NCBI GenBank assembly: GCA_032117075.1
Contig: JAUMAA010000003.1
Coordinates: 41,574-105,573 of the forward strand
DNA from: Patescibacteria group bacterium
GTDB lineage: Bacteria; Patescibacteriota; WWE3; UBA101185; UBA10185
Direction of reading: 5' to 3'
Length of the DNA stretch: 64,000 nucleotides
Shown here piece after piece: positions 36,688 through 47,200 of this stretch. Position 1 is the first letter of the stretch. Each line of letters starts with the position of its first letter. The notes under the pieces were generated by a model that worked only from the letters and a program-made list of their open reading frames with translations, was not told where the DNA came from and did not search any database. The position numbers and the translations under genes are program-made.

Positions 36688-36837
36688 ATGGCAGTACCAA
36701 AAAGACGACATAGTAAATCAAGAACAAAGAAAAAAAGAAATGCTCATTTCTTTACCTCAGTTGTTAACTCAATAAAATGTAAAGATTGCGGCAAATACAA
36801 ATTACCCCACAGAGTTTGTGCTAATTGTGGTAAATAA
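36688..36837 (+). CDS. rpmF: 50S ribosomal protein L32 (49 aa; not in the ORF track)
   Basis: MAVPKRRHSKSRTKKKRNAHF... with a C-terminal CxxC...CxxC zinc ribbon (CKDCGKYKLPHRVCANCG). Confidence 0.85.
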   Translation: MAVPKRRHSKSRTKKKRNAHFFTSVVNSIKCKDCGKYKLPHRVCANCGK

Positions 36838-36843
36838 TCTTTA

Positions 36844-37254
36844 ATGACATATAAAATCAATTTAAGACATAACTCAAGAATTGTGGCCTTGACCTCACTT
36901 TTTAGTTATATGTTTGCTGAAGAAGAGGATATTTACAATATTAGTCTTTTCAAGGATGAATTTGGGGATATTGATTATGAAGTTGAATTCTATGAAGTGC
37001 TTTACAAAGGTGTAACTCAAAATATTGAAGATATTGATAAAATAATTACTAGAAGTGCCACTGATTGGCCAATAAAAAATATTTCGAAGATTGATTTAGT
37101 AATTTTGAGAATGGGTGTTTTTGAATTAGAATTTAAGAAAGATACACCTAAAAATGTAGTAATAGACGAAGCAGTAGAATTAGCCAAAAAATTTGGTAAT
37201 GATTCGTCAAGTAAATTTATTAATGGAGTTTTAGATAATTTAGAAAGGAAATAA
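36844..37254 (+). CDS. nusB: Transcription antitermination factor NusB
   Basis: RSRIVALTSLFS... and C-terminal FINGVLD motif. Confidence 0.8.
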   Translation: MTYKINLRHNSRIVALTSLFSYMFAEEEDIYNISLFKDEFGDIDYEVEFYEVLYKGVTQNIEDIDKIITRSATDWPIKNISKIDLVILRMGVFELEFKKDTPKNVVIDEAVELAKKFGNDSSSKFINGVLDNLERK

Positions 37255-37259
37255 AAATT

Positions 37260-37535
37260 ATGTATAAAATGTCAAAAGATGGCTTATACGAAGAGATATC
37301 AAACCTACTTGTTAACAAATTTGGAGTCGATGAAGGAGATATAAAAGTTTCTTCAATTTTAGGTGACGATCTAAACCTCGGGCCTGCGGAGATTGAAGAA
37401 TTAATATTGGATGTGTGTGAAAAACATAGTGCAGACCACGACAGAGTGATAGACTCTTTGGATCACGACGAGTTAGAAGAAGTGACTGTTGCAGATCTTG
37501 TTGATACTTTTGCCGATATCTTAAAATTCGACTAA
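37260..37535 (+). CDS. Acyl carrier protein-like protein lacking the conserved phosphopantetheine-attachment Ser
   Basis: Aligns to ACP (DLGADSLDTVEL) as DLNLGPAEIEEL, with Ser replaced by Pro. Conserved position immediately upstream of rnc. Confidence 0.55.
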   Translation: MYKMSKDGLYEEISNLLVNKFGVDEGDIKVSSILGDDLNLGPAEIEELILDVCEKHSADHDRVIDSLDHDELEEVTVADLVDTFADILKFD

Positions 37536-37540
37536 ATAAA

Positions 37541-38227
37541 ATGGATATACTGAGTAAACTAAATGAACAATTAAAATTGGATTTAACAAATAATGAGTTG
37601 TTTATGACAGCTTTTACCCATAGGTCATATTTAAACGAACATCCAACCTACCAGTTACCTTCAAATGAAAGATTAGAATTTTTAGGAGATGCTGTTTTAC
37701 AATTTCTCTCCTCAAAACATTTATTTCAATCCTATTCCTCATTACCTGAGGGGGATCTTACCAATTTAAGAGCATCGATTGTTAAGACTCAGTCTTTATC
37801 AGAAGAGGCTAAAAAACTCAATTTTGGTCAATTTCTTTTAATGTCCAAGGGGGAGGAAGTGACTGGGGGAAGGGATAGAGAATACCTTTTAGCTAATACA
37901 TTTGAGTCATTTCTTGGAGCCCTTTATCTTGAAAAAGGTATTGAGGCTTGTGAGAAATTTCTTGAAAATAACTTATTTTATAAACTAGAAAATATTTTTA
38001 AAGAAGATGCCTATAAAGACTTTAAAACAAGATTTCAGGAAAAGGTTCAAGAGCTTAAAAAAGGAACACCAACATACAAAATCCTAGAAACTTCCGGACT
38101 AGAACATGAAAAAATCTTCAAAGTAGCAGTTCTTGTTGAAAATGAGGAGTTCACAAAGGGAGAGGGTACCTCAAAACAAAGAGCAGAGCAGGATGCTGCC
38201 AAAAAAGGATTAGACAAATTAAAGTAA
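37541..38227 (+). CDS. rnc: Ribonuclease III
   Basis: ERLEFLGDAVL RNase III signature, C-terminal dsRBD. Confidence 0.9.
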   Translation: MDILSKLNEQLKLDLTNNELFMTAFTHRSYLNEHPTYQLPSNERLEFLGDAVLQFLSSKHLFQSYSSLPEGDLTNLRASIVKTQSLSEEAKKLNFGQFLLMSKGEEVTGGRDREYLLANTFESFLGALYLEKGIEACEKFLENNLFYKLENIFKEDAYKDFKTRFQEKVQELKKGTPTYKILETSGLEHEKIFKVAVLVENEEFTKGEGTSKQRAEQDAAKKGLDKLK

Positions 38228-38248
38228 ATCCTGTATAATCACAGAATT

Positions 38249-38569
38249 ATGTCAGTATCTATAAGACTTGCAAAAATTGGAAAAAAGTTCGCACCTACTT
38301 ATAAAGTAGTCGCTTCTACTACAAGAAACAAAAGAACAGGTAAATACCTAGATATTCTAGGAACCTTCAATCCGAATATAAAACCATTTGATTTCAAACT
38401 TGATCAAGAAAAGTTTGATAAGTGGTCAAAAAATGGAGCTATTATCTCTCAAGCAGTTAAAGACATAATTGCCGGTAAGTATGAATTTAAAACATACAAT
38501 CCAAAAGCAGAGAAAAAAGCAGCTGAACTAGCAGCTAAAAAAGCAGCTAGCGAAGAATCTAATGCCTAA
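38249..38569 (+). CDS. rpsP: 30S ribosomal protein S16
   Basis: MSVSIRLAKIGKKFAPTYKVV... S16 signature. Confidence 0.9.
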   Translation: MSVSIRLAKIGKKFAPTYKVVASTTRNKRTGKYLDILGTFNPNIKPFDFKLDQEKFDKWSKNGAIISQAVKDIIAGKYEFKTYNPKAEKKAAELAAKKAASEESNA

Positions 38570-39206
38570 AATTAAGATTAATATCATTACATTATTTCCA
38601 AATCTATTTAACGAATTCAAAAGTGTACTCCCATTTAAAAGGGCACTTGAAAAAAATTTAATTGAATTAAATATTATCAATCTCAGAGATTTCGCAATTG
38701 ATGAAAGAGGAACAGTGGATGATAAGCCTTACGGAGGAGGGACAGGGATGATATTAAGAGTAGAACCAATTGTTAAGGCCTTAGAAACAATTGAAGAAAA
38801 AGAAGAAATAATCGTTTTAAATCCCAAAGGACAACTATTTAATCAAAACTTAGCTAAAGAATTTAAAGAAAAAACTTCACTAACTTTTATTTGCGGAAGG
38901 TATGAAGGAATTGATCAAAGAATAATAGACAACTATGCTACAAAGGAAGTCTCAATAGGAGAATATGTTTGCAGTGGTGGTGAAGCTCCAACTATTGTCA
39001 TGTTAGAGGCAATAATAAGATTATTACCTGAAGTTTTAGAAGAAGAAGTTACAAATGATGAATCATTTGAAGATAGTACATTTGAGTACCCTCAATACAC
39101 TAGACCTGAAAATTTTAATGGATTAAAAGTTCCAGATGTTTTAATTTCAGGCAACCACAAAGAAATTGAAAAGTGGAAAAAAGATAATTCGAGAAAATTA
39201 AATTAA
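38562..39206 (+). CDS. trmD: tRNA (guanine37-N1)-methyltransferase TrmD
   Basis: DDKPYGGGTGMIL and the SPOUT-fold core. rpsP-trmD synteny. Confidence 0.9.
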   Translation: MPKIKINIITLFPNLFNEFKSVLPFKRALEKNLIELNIINLRDFAIDERGTVDDKPYGGGTGMILRVEPIVKALETIEEKEEIIVLNPKGQLFNQNLAKEFKEKTSLTFICGRYEGIDQRIIDNYATKEVSIGEYVCSGGEAPTIVMLEAIIRLLPEVLEEEVTNDESFEDSTFEYPQYTRPENFNGLKVPDVLISGNHKEIEKWKKDNSRKLN

Positions 39207-39859
39207 TTTTGAGAAACAGTTTCTTCTAAATATCTATTGATAAAATCAGTAAATTTCATATCATTTAAAATATCATTTATAGGTGCATCTATTGAGGACT
39301 GAACTTTGGTCTTATTAAATACTGTTCTAGCAACAAACGAAACTCTGTAATATTTATTATCTCGATCATCAAATAACTCCAAATCTCTAATATTTATAAT
39401 CTTTCCTTTATTACTATTTAGAGATGTGAGGTAATTTAATGCAGATAGGGGACCAACTGTTCTACCATTAAACCTTACTTCAATAACTCCTTGGTTGCTT
39501 AAATTCTGATCCGCTATATTTTTGTTTTCATCTATCTTATTGAAATTAAATTTCTCGGCTTCTGCTCCTAAATTTGCAACTAATGGAGCAGGGGACTCAT
39601 CGTTAGGAACTAGCTCTACCATCTTTTCTTCGTATCTATTTAAATCATCAGCTTTATCTCTAGCATTTTGCAGGATATTTAATTTAGTTTGATAATTTGT
39701 AATTTGTAAATTTTTACCATCCCTGGTTGAATCTAATTCAGATTTAATATTTAAGTAAGGCATTATAAGTAACAAATTTATTATTGCAATTAAAGTAATA
39801 AAAATTACTGGAAAAATGAAGTATTTTAAATAAATAGTGAAGTCTTTTTTATCTGACAT
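39203..39859 (-). CDS. Type IV pilus assembly protein PilO-like (bitopic)
   Basis: N-terminal TM plus periplasmic domain; position after PilM/PilN. Confidence 0.5.
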   Translation of the reverse strand: MSDKKDFTIYLKYFIFPVIFITLIAIINLLLIMPYLNIKSELDSTRDGKNLQITNYQTKLNILQNARDKADDLNRYEEKMVELVPNDESPAPLVANLGAEAEKFNFNKIDENKNIADQNLSNQGVIEVRFNGRTVGPLSALNYLTSLNSNKGKIINIRDLELFDDRDNKYYRVSFVARTVFNKTKVQSSIDAPINDILNDMKFTDFINRYLEETVSQN

Positions 39860-40418
39860 TTAAGAGTCCTTTATTATATTTTACAGTAACAACATATTCT
39901 TTGGAAACCTCATTAACATCCTCAGGCACACCAGAGTTGCTAAATAAGTTTTCAATATTTGAGTCATTTACTTTAGAAGCTTTTAAGTTATCAACAAATC
40001 TTTTAAATGCAGTTGAGTCAGCGGTAACTCTTACCGAAACAAGGTCTTTATCGGTATCTACCGTAATAGTTTTAATAACCACACCTCCAGAAATATTTCG
40101 TTCATAAATATCTCTCATAACTTTTTCGTATAAAACCTTATCTCCTTCAAATTTTTGAGCAGCATCAAATCTAGCTTTAATATCTCTTAACTGAATTTCT
40201 TCCTTAGAATATTCCGCAATGTCTTTTCTCAAGGAAGTTAGTTTTGAATCTAGACTATCTTTTTCATTTTTCAATGGCTGTAAAAGAGTATTAAAATAGT
40301 AGCCCAAACTCCCGACCGCAAGCATTGTTAATATCAAAAAAATATTCGCAATCTTGGTATAAAGCTGAATTTTTTGCTCTAATTTCTCTTCTGATGTTAG
40401 TAAATTTATTTCACTCAT
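39849..40418 (-). CDS. Type IV pilus assembly protein PilN-like (bitopic, coiled coil)
   Basis: Short N-terminus, TM, coiled coil; directly downstream of pilM. Confidence 0.55.
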   Translation of the reverse strand: MSEINLLTSEEKLEQKIQLYTKIANIFLILTMLAVGSLGYYFNTLLQPLKNEKDSLDSKLTSLRKDIAEYSKEEIQLRDIKARFDAAQKFEGDKVLYEKVMRDIYERNISGGVVIKTITVDTDKDLVSVRVTADSTAFKRFVDNLKASKVNDSNIENLFSNSGVPEDVNEVSKEYVVTVKYNKGLLNVR

Positions 40419-41440
40419 AAAATCTCAATTCCTGATAGACCTATTGGTGCAGATAGAGAGGAGGATAATTCTTTTAAACTTCCTTCATACTTACTTAAAT
40501 CAGAATTGACTTTAACTTTATTAAAAGGATTAAATACCTCTACAGGTATATTTAAATTTTTCTGCAAGTAATCCTCAAGACCAGGTAATTTAGCCATTCC
40601 CCCTGTTAGATAAATTTTAGAAATATTCATGTTTTTATTCTTATCCATAAAATAAATTACTGACCTCTTAATATCAAGTATATATGAATCTATTAAAGGT
40701 TTTAAGAAATTAAAAATCTTTCCCTCCGCGACTTGAGGATTTAGACCGTAAGCCTTTTTATAATTCTCAGCTTGGATATTTGTTAGATTTAAATTCTGAA
40801 TTAAAGCTTTATTTAAGGAATTAGATCCTATTGAGATAGTTTTAATAAATCTTGGAACTCTTTTATAAGAAACATGTAAAGTAGAGAACTGGTACCCAAA
40901 ATCAAGAATCATAACAGCATCTTTACCATCTTTAATATCTATAATTCTAGATAAGGAAATTGTTTTTGCTTCAAATACTTTAGGGGTTAGGCCTGCTTTT
41001 TTAATTAAATCAACATATCTTTCGATTCTTTCTTTTTTAGCTGCCACAATTAAAATTTCAACATTAGTAGAATCTTTTTGATCAATAATTTTGTAATCAT
41101 AAGTTAAATTAGCAATATTCTCGGGAAAAATCTCAGCTGCTTGGAGATTAATATAGTTTCGGATTTCTTTATCACTCATCTTAGGAATGACTTTTACATT
41201 CAAATAAACATCTGTCTCGGGTAACGATAAAGAAACTTCATTAGTAGGAAAATCAAGTTCTTTAAAAAATTCCTTTAACTTGAAAGAATATAAATTTATA
41301 GCTTCTTCGTTATTGAAATCCAATTTTAATTTTTCTGATTCATATATTGCAAAATTTAAAATAGTAGGGGACTTTGAAACCAAACCAACCTCAACACATT
41401 TGATGCTATGATTTCCTAAATCTATTCCAATATGAGTCAT
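40415..41440 (-). CDS. pilM: Type IV pilus assembly ATPase-like protein PilM (actin fold)
   Basis: N-terminal IGIDLGNHSIKCVEV and the actin-like ATPase fold length. Confidence 0.8.
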   Translation of the reverse strand: MTHIGIDLGNHSIKCVEVGLVSKSPTILNFAIYESEKLKLDFNNEEAINLYSFKLKEFFKELDFPTNEVSLSLPETDVYLNVKVIPKMSDKEIRNYINLQAAEIFPENIANLTYDYKIIDQKDSTNVEILIVAAKKERIERYVDLIKKAGLTPKVFEAKTISLSRIIDIKDGKDAVMILDFGYQFSTLHVSYKRVPRFIKTISIGSNSLNKALIQNLNLTNIQAENYKKAYGLNPQVAEGKIFNFLKPLIDSYILDIKRSVIYFMDKNKNMNISKIYLTGGMAKLPGLEDYLQKNLNIPVEVFNPFNKVKVNSDLSKYEGSLKELSSSLSAPIGLSGIEIL

Positions 41441-41464
41441 ATAATTTATTATACTTAATTTTAG

Positions 41465-41947
41465 TTATTGTTGATATGTTTTATTCAAAGTAATTCTTTT
41501 TTCAAATTTAACTTCTGTTTTTAATCTTGAATTATTAAAATCTTTAGAAATACCAAAGGAAATATAAACAACTTGTGGGTTAGTTCCAGTTACTGTAAGA
41601 ACAAAAGGTGCTGATTTACCTATCTCTGAATCAGTTAATTGAATATTATCTAGTACCAACATGCTACTTGATTCTATAAAGGAAAGAGTAAAAGTTTTAG
41701 TTGGGTAAACAATCGATAACTTTTTACTTACAGAATTGTATGAAACAGAGTCAGAATCTTGAATTAATTTAGTAAGTTTAACATTTAGAAATGAGTACTC
41801 CTCTTCAAGAGAAATTTTATTTTGAATTTTAGTTGAGGTGGATGTTAGGCTAATAATCATATCTGAAGAAATTACGGATACGACTGTAATTAGTAAAACT
41901 ACTACCAAGAGTTCGACTAGAGTAAAACCCTTATTATTTAATCTCAC
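41465..41947 (-). CDS. Prepilin-type minor pilin/pseudopilin
   Basis: NKGFTLVELLVVVLLI class III signal peptide (G-F-T-L-x-E). Confidence 0.7.
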   Translation of the reverse strand: MRLNNKGFTLVELLVVVLLITVVSVISSDMIISLTSTSTKIQNKISLEEEYSFLNVKLTKLIQDSDSVSYNSVSKKLSIVYPTKTFTLSFIESSSMLVLDNIQLTDSEIGKSAPFVLTVTGTNPQVVYISFGISKDFNNSRLKTEVKFEKRITLNKTYQQ

Positions 41948-42414
41948 TGTCTAGTCCTCCAATTTGTAAAAATAGTATCAGTAGAAGATGAGAAGAGAAT
42001 TTTATTGGTTTCATAATAACTAACTACTTGAATATTTATTTCCACTATAGGTAAAGATGAGAGTGGTTCTGTGGTTACCTTAAAGCAAGTAAGTCCTTTT
42101 TGAACTGGAGAAGGGCAACTTGTAAAATTATTAGTCGATGGATTAGGAAAATAACAATAAGTATTAGTACATCTACTATTTAATTCTGTCGAAAAAGAAT
42201 CAAACCCAGTATCTTTGATAACTCTTAATTTTTCTAAAACATTTGATGAGTTTTTAGTTGCTTCTTGTCTCTCTGTAACATTAAGTGAATTTTGAATATT
42301 GAAAGTGGTGAGAGAAAGGAGTGCAACCACTAATACAACTGCAAATGCTATAGCTAAGACAGCTTCAACTAATCCTATTCCTTTATTATTTACTTTGAGC
42401 ATAGATTCTTCCAA
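41944..42414 (-). CDS. Prepilin-type minor pilin (PilV-like)
   Basis: NNKGIGLVEAVLAIAF prepilin N-terminus. Confidence 0.6.
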   Translation of the reverse strand: MEESMLKVNNKGIGLVEAVLAIAFAVVLVVALLSLTTFNIQNSLNVTERQEATKNSSNVLEKLRVIKDTGFDSFSTELNSRCTNTYCYFPNPSTNNFTSCPSPVQKGLTCFKVTTEPLSSLPIVEINIQVVSYYETNKILFSSSTDTIFTNWRTRQ

Positions 42415-42820
42415 ATTTATTAATAATTACATTAAATGATGGGAAATTGATTGTTACAGAAATCAAATTATTATTTTGATCAACTAAGTTACCATATCTA
42501 TCTATAAAAAAATTTGAGGTACTTGATCCTGAAATAAAGTCATAGTTTGTTTCTTTACATTCATTTAACTCAACAGAGCAAGTAGTTACTTTCAAACCGG
42601 CAAAGTTCATAGAATATTTGTTATCCGTTGTTAAGGCAAGGTTTTGAGTTGTTCTAAATGTAGAAATAAAATTTTTAACTTCTTCGTTTTCAGCTTGTTT
42701 TCTCTGATAATTTAAAATAGAAGGAATCGAAAGACCTGCAATTACAATTATCAATACAATCACAACAAGAAGTTCGATAAATGTAAAACCAGAATTTGAA
42801 TTAAGCTTCTTTATCTGCAT
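42386..42820 (-). CDS. Prepilin-type minor pilin
   Basis: NSGFTFIELLVVIVLI. Confidence 0.7.
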   Translation of the reverse strand: MQIKKLNSNSGFTFIELLVVIVLIIVIAGLSIPSILNYQRKQAENEEVKNFISTFRTTQNLALTTDNKYSMNFAGLKVTTCSVELNECKETNYDFISGSSTSNFFIDRYGNLVDQNNNLISVTINFPSFNVIINKFGRIYAQSK

Positions 42821-43335
42821 TAAGGACCTGTAACAGGAGCCAGACCTCCACTAACCTTAAATACATTACTTTTAACTAAATCGCAACTAGAAAACAGCCC
42901 TGAGGTAGGATCCATACTTTCTTTAGGTATCTCTAGGATAAATTCTTGACCTCTGGGGATTCCAAAATTACTACTTTCTTTAATTGAATAAACCTCATAA
43001 TAACTTTGAGTTATATTAGTTACATAAATGTAATCGCAGGAAGTATTTTCAGATGGATCGTATAAGGAAACTTTAACATTAAAAGAACTTAGCTCCGAGA
43101 TAGCTGAAGGGTATCTTTTGTATTCAGAGTAGTAGAGTTCTAAAGCAGAAGCAATCTGTGAAAGAGAAGATACTCTTAGAGCGTCCCTTTGTTCCCTTTG
43201 TTTTTCGGCTGGATTAAAGATGACAATAGAAGTAGCTGCAAGTATCACCATTATTCCAACTACAATCATTAACTCTAGCAAAGTAAAACCTTTATTACTT
43301 ACATTAAATTTTTTGGTATATGAGCAGTTTTTCAT
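42820..43335 (-). CDS. Prepilin-type pilin
   Basis: NKGFTLLELMIVVGIMVILA. Confidence 0.7.
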   Translation of the reverse strand: MKNCSYTKKFNVSNKGFTLLELMIVVGIMVILAATSIVIFNPAEKQREQRDALRVSSLSQIASALELYYSEYKRYPSAISELSSFNVKVSLYDPSENTSCDYIYVTNITQSYYEVYSIKESSNFGIPRGQEFILEIPKESMDPTSGLFSSCDLVKSNVFKVSGGLAPVTGP

Positions 43336-43348
43336 TTTTTTCCTTTAA

Positions 43349-44218
43349 TTAATTATCTAAAAATAGAGCATAATCATAAATAGATGATGGTGTATCCAGA
43401 TATTTAAATGCCTCAACTCTTCTGGAGGTTTTATCAACTCCGTCAGTAAATACTCCTTTTGCAGTAATTTTGTACCCTTGAATTACATTTCTTACATTTG
43501 TACTGGTTGAAAAAACTTTAAGAGTACTTACTTCGTTGGAAAGAGGTTGAAATCTTATCATGTAAGAATTTGTAACTCTAAAGTAACCAGAGGCACAATT
43601 TCCTGTAATAGGAGAGATATTTTTATAAGAACTACCATCAAATAAATAGTTTTCAAGTAAATATTCGTTAGTTTTAACTCTGTTTACATTTGTAGTAGTT
43701 AGTGAATCTTCTACAGGTTCAAAAATTTGAATACTTGGGTTTGATGTAACAATACCAAGTCTATATGATGTATTTGGAGGGGACACTTCCAATTTAATAC
43801 ATGCAGTTTGAGGTAAAAGTACTCCGGCTCCTGAAAACTCGGTGGTTAAAAAAGTGACCGTCTCAGAAGGTTTAATTTTTTCGTAAACCATACCGGTACT
43901 TGAATTTGCATTTAATTTATCAACAGTAATGATTGCGGAAGTTCCGTTGTTTACAAAATCAATAGCTTCACTAAATTCCGTATTATCTACTAATAGATCT
44001 AAATCGGAGTCACTCTTTAATAAAAATTTTTCAAGGCCGCCTTCGGCGGCCGCTGTTACTTTTTGTAATGAATCCAAATTTCCAGTTCTTTTAAGGGATT
44101 CTGTACTTCTTGAGGTAATTCCTAAACCTACACCCAGTGTTACTGCCATTGCTACTACAACAATTAAGAGAACCTGACCTTTATTATCTAAATTGTTTGA
44201 CATATCTTTATTAATCAT
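43349..44218 (-). CDS. Pilus-associated protein with hydrophobic N-terminus (PilX-like?)
   Basis: NKGQVLLIVVVAMAVTLGVGLG hydrophobic helix lacking the Glu5; Thr/Ser/Val-rich. Confidence 0.4.
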   Translation of the reverse strand: MINKDMSNNLDNKGQVLLIVVVAMAVTLGVGLGITSRSTESLKRTGNLDSLQKVTAAAEGGLEKFLLKSDSDLDLLVDNTEFSEAIDFVNNGTSAIITVDKLNANSSTGMVYEKIKPSETVTFLTTEFSGAGVLLPQTACIKLEVSPPNTSYRLGIVTSNPSIQIFEPVEDSLTTTNVNRVKTNEYLLENYLFDGSSYKNISPITGNCASGYFRVTNSYMIRFQPLSNEVSTLKVFSTSTNVRNVIQGYKITAKGVFTDGVDKTSRRVEAFKYLDTPSSIYDYALFLDN

Positions 44219-44229
44219 ACTAGTAACTT

Positions 44230-47200
44230 TTAATCATTAAAATACTTAAATATTGTTTTGCTTCTTGTAACATTAAACATCTTATAAGACCTCAGGTCTT
44301 GTTGTAAATAAATTAATACATCTGGGTTTTGAGAAATATTTATAAAGGATCTATCTTCATTTTGAGTACTTAAATTTCCAATTAATTTAAAGTCTCCATA
44401 GATACCACCTTTTAAGTGATAAACTGCTCTATTGCCACAAATAAGAGAATAGTTCTCTAAATCAGAACAATCCACATGGAAAACAATTCTCTCTTTGATA
44501 TTTGATTTATCAGTTGAAACAAAGTAAACATTTTCTAAGTTGTTATAAATATTTAAATCTGTAAGATCAAAGTATAGTTGTTTATTTTTTGCAACATAAA
44601 TTATTGTTGGAGTTGCAGATACTGGAACACTGTTAAAAGCATCAATTTTATTGAAATTATTTACAGAGCCCGATGGTTTCGTGTCTGTTAGTAGTAAAGA
44701 AGTAACTTGTGTTTCAGGTAAGGCATAGTCAACTAAATTTTCAGTATAACTAAAATTAAATGCCTTAGTCAGCTTATCAAAATAAGGAATATTAAAATAA
44801 GAAGGACCCATCAAAGTATTACTTAATCTAAAATTTTTACCGCCCTGAGCAGAACCTGAAACATAAACACCTTCATACCTTTTATCCACATCAGAAGTAG
44901 TATAAAACTTTACATCACTTGATCTTTTTATCATTGTATTTCCGTTAACTCTAAAATTTAAGTAAGAGGTAGGAGGCTGAACATTTCCGGAGGTTAAATA
45001 AATATCTAAAGATTGAGGAACTAAATTATAACTATTAACTACATTTGATTTATAAAACAAATCCAAACATCCATTATTGATTGTTCCGGTAAAGTAGTTA
45101 TTAGAAATAGAGCTGGTTGATGTAGTTGTTGAATTTGTAAATCCAATTCTACTTACTTTAGTATCAGCAGTATTGGTAAAACAAATTTTATATTTCACAT
45201 TATCAATCAAAGTATTACCTGATTTACTTAGGTCATGATCCCAGAAAAAATTAGAAAAGGTATCTTTATGCAGTGTGAATGAAGATTCACCGTCGGGTGC
45301 GGTAAGATTTCTTTGTTGAGGAGTAACATTTTTGAAAGTTTTGGTTACAACCATTTTGGCATCGGCAAAAGGATCCTGATCTTGATTATCTAAATAAGTA
45401 AATATATTTATGAAACTTTGAAGTGTGTAATACCTATTAGGATCTATACCTAAAGATGGGTAATTATAGACAGTTCCGTTGTAATTAAAACTTATTTTAT
45501 AAAAATATTTCTCAAAATTAGGTGACTTAACATTTAAAAAATTAAAAGATTTTCTATCAGACAATAAATTTGCAGCTAAAGTTGTCGGAAGTGGGGCAGA
45601 GGTAATGCCGTCATAAAGAGTAAGATACATTTTAGTTCCAGCGGGAACATTTACTATACCTGAGGGGCAGCTTAAATTAATAGCCGAATTAAATGTGTAA
45701 TTTAGGTTATAAGTAGAAGTTGTTGTATCAATAGCAGAGGGTACTATTCCTTTATTTATAGAATTTGGATCTGTATTTATAAGAGTTAAACCACCCGCAA
45801 CTAGATTGTAATTAGGCACACACTCTGGGGTAGTTGGAGGGACTTTTGAAGTTAGAACATAGTTTCTAGAAACAAAAATTGCATAATCATTATCTGTATT
45901 TGCATCATCGTTATTGTAATATCTAAATGTTAATGGAGCATTATTTCCGGGCCCAAGAGAAGGGAATTTGTAACCTCCGTTTGTTTCATTTAATTCAAAG
46001 AGTCTGTGTGTTCCAGTGGGTGAATTAAATTTTTCAGCCCTAAACATTCTAGACTTTGCACTTAAGTTATTCTTAGAATCTACAAAATTAGGAGCAATTA
46101 AAATATCGACATCATTTCCAGAATTTACACTAAAGCTAACATTCTTCAAGTAACTCAGAGAAACATTTCGTAGTGCAATAAATTTTGTTTGAGTTGGCTG
46201 ATTCCCCATGTACCCACTAAATTCAAACCTCTTAAATACTAAATTGCTGTTGGCATACTGAAGGGTGAAGTAGTATTTATCTGAGACATAATCAGCCAAG
46301 ACACCTGATCCTACACCTAATTTTGGTACAACCTCGAAGGTTAGAAGGGAGGGTACCGGTTCAAATTTATAGTTTTCTATTCTATACTTGTAGTACCAGT
46401 CACTAGAACCTGGGAAATAGATTCTTACTAGATCAACTCTATTTTTAAGGTTATAGGCTGCTAACGGAGAATCGTAACCCCCAAATACCCAATTTAAGGA
46501 ACTCTGATTCTGAAGTGTAGGATTGAACCCGTAATAGACTCTATTATAAAAGTCTTTGTAGTCCCCTTTGTTATCTTTAAATATCCCATAATTTGGAAAT
46601 TTTATAGCTGATGCGTTACTCCACTCATGTCTATTATCTCCACTTGAGCTAACCCTTAAAACCATATTAATACCGTATTCAAGTTCTGAAAAAGGAGCGG
46701 CACAGTTATTTTTCGACTTCCCAATACAATATGACTTAGCATCCCTAGTGGCACTTCCTCCAGAACTTGGACCCTGGTTTACAAATATATTAGGGTTTAA
46801 AGATAATCTAGGTCCAGAAAAAGAAGAAGGAGCTACATTGAAGGACATCCTGGTAATGTTTGGATAGTTGTAGTACTGACTGTAACCTTCTTTATTCAAA
46901 GTAACACATTGATACCTCCTATCCCAGCATGATTCAGTAGCTGAAAGACGACAATTACTTTCTAGAGGTACACCAAGAGTTTGAGCCCTTCTTAAGCATT
47001 CAACATTTCCCCTATATGTAGTTCCCCAACCACCTTGCGGATCCTTTCTTTCATAACATCTATTCTCCAACAGATCTTCAAGACCTCCGCCTCCAAAAAT
47101 AACGGTATTATTTTTTTTGGCTATAGAAGAAGGAAACCAGCTAGACTTACATCCAGCTGTATAGCCAACATTTCCAAATGTTTTAAAAGACCTAGTGATA

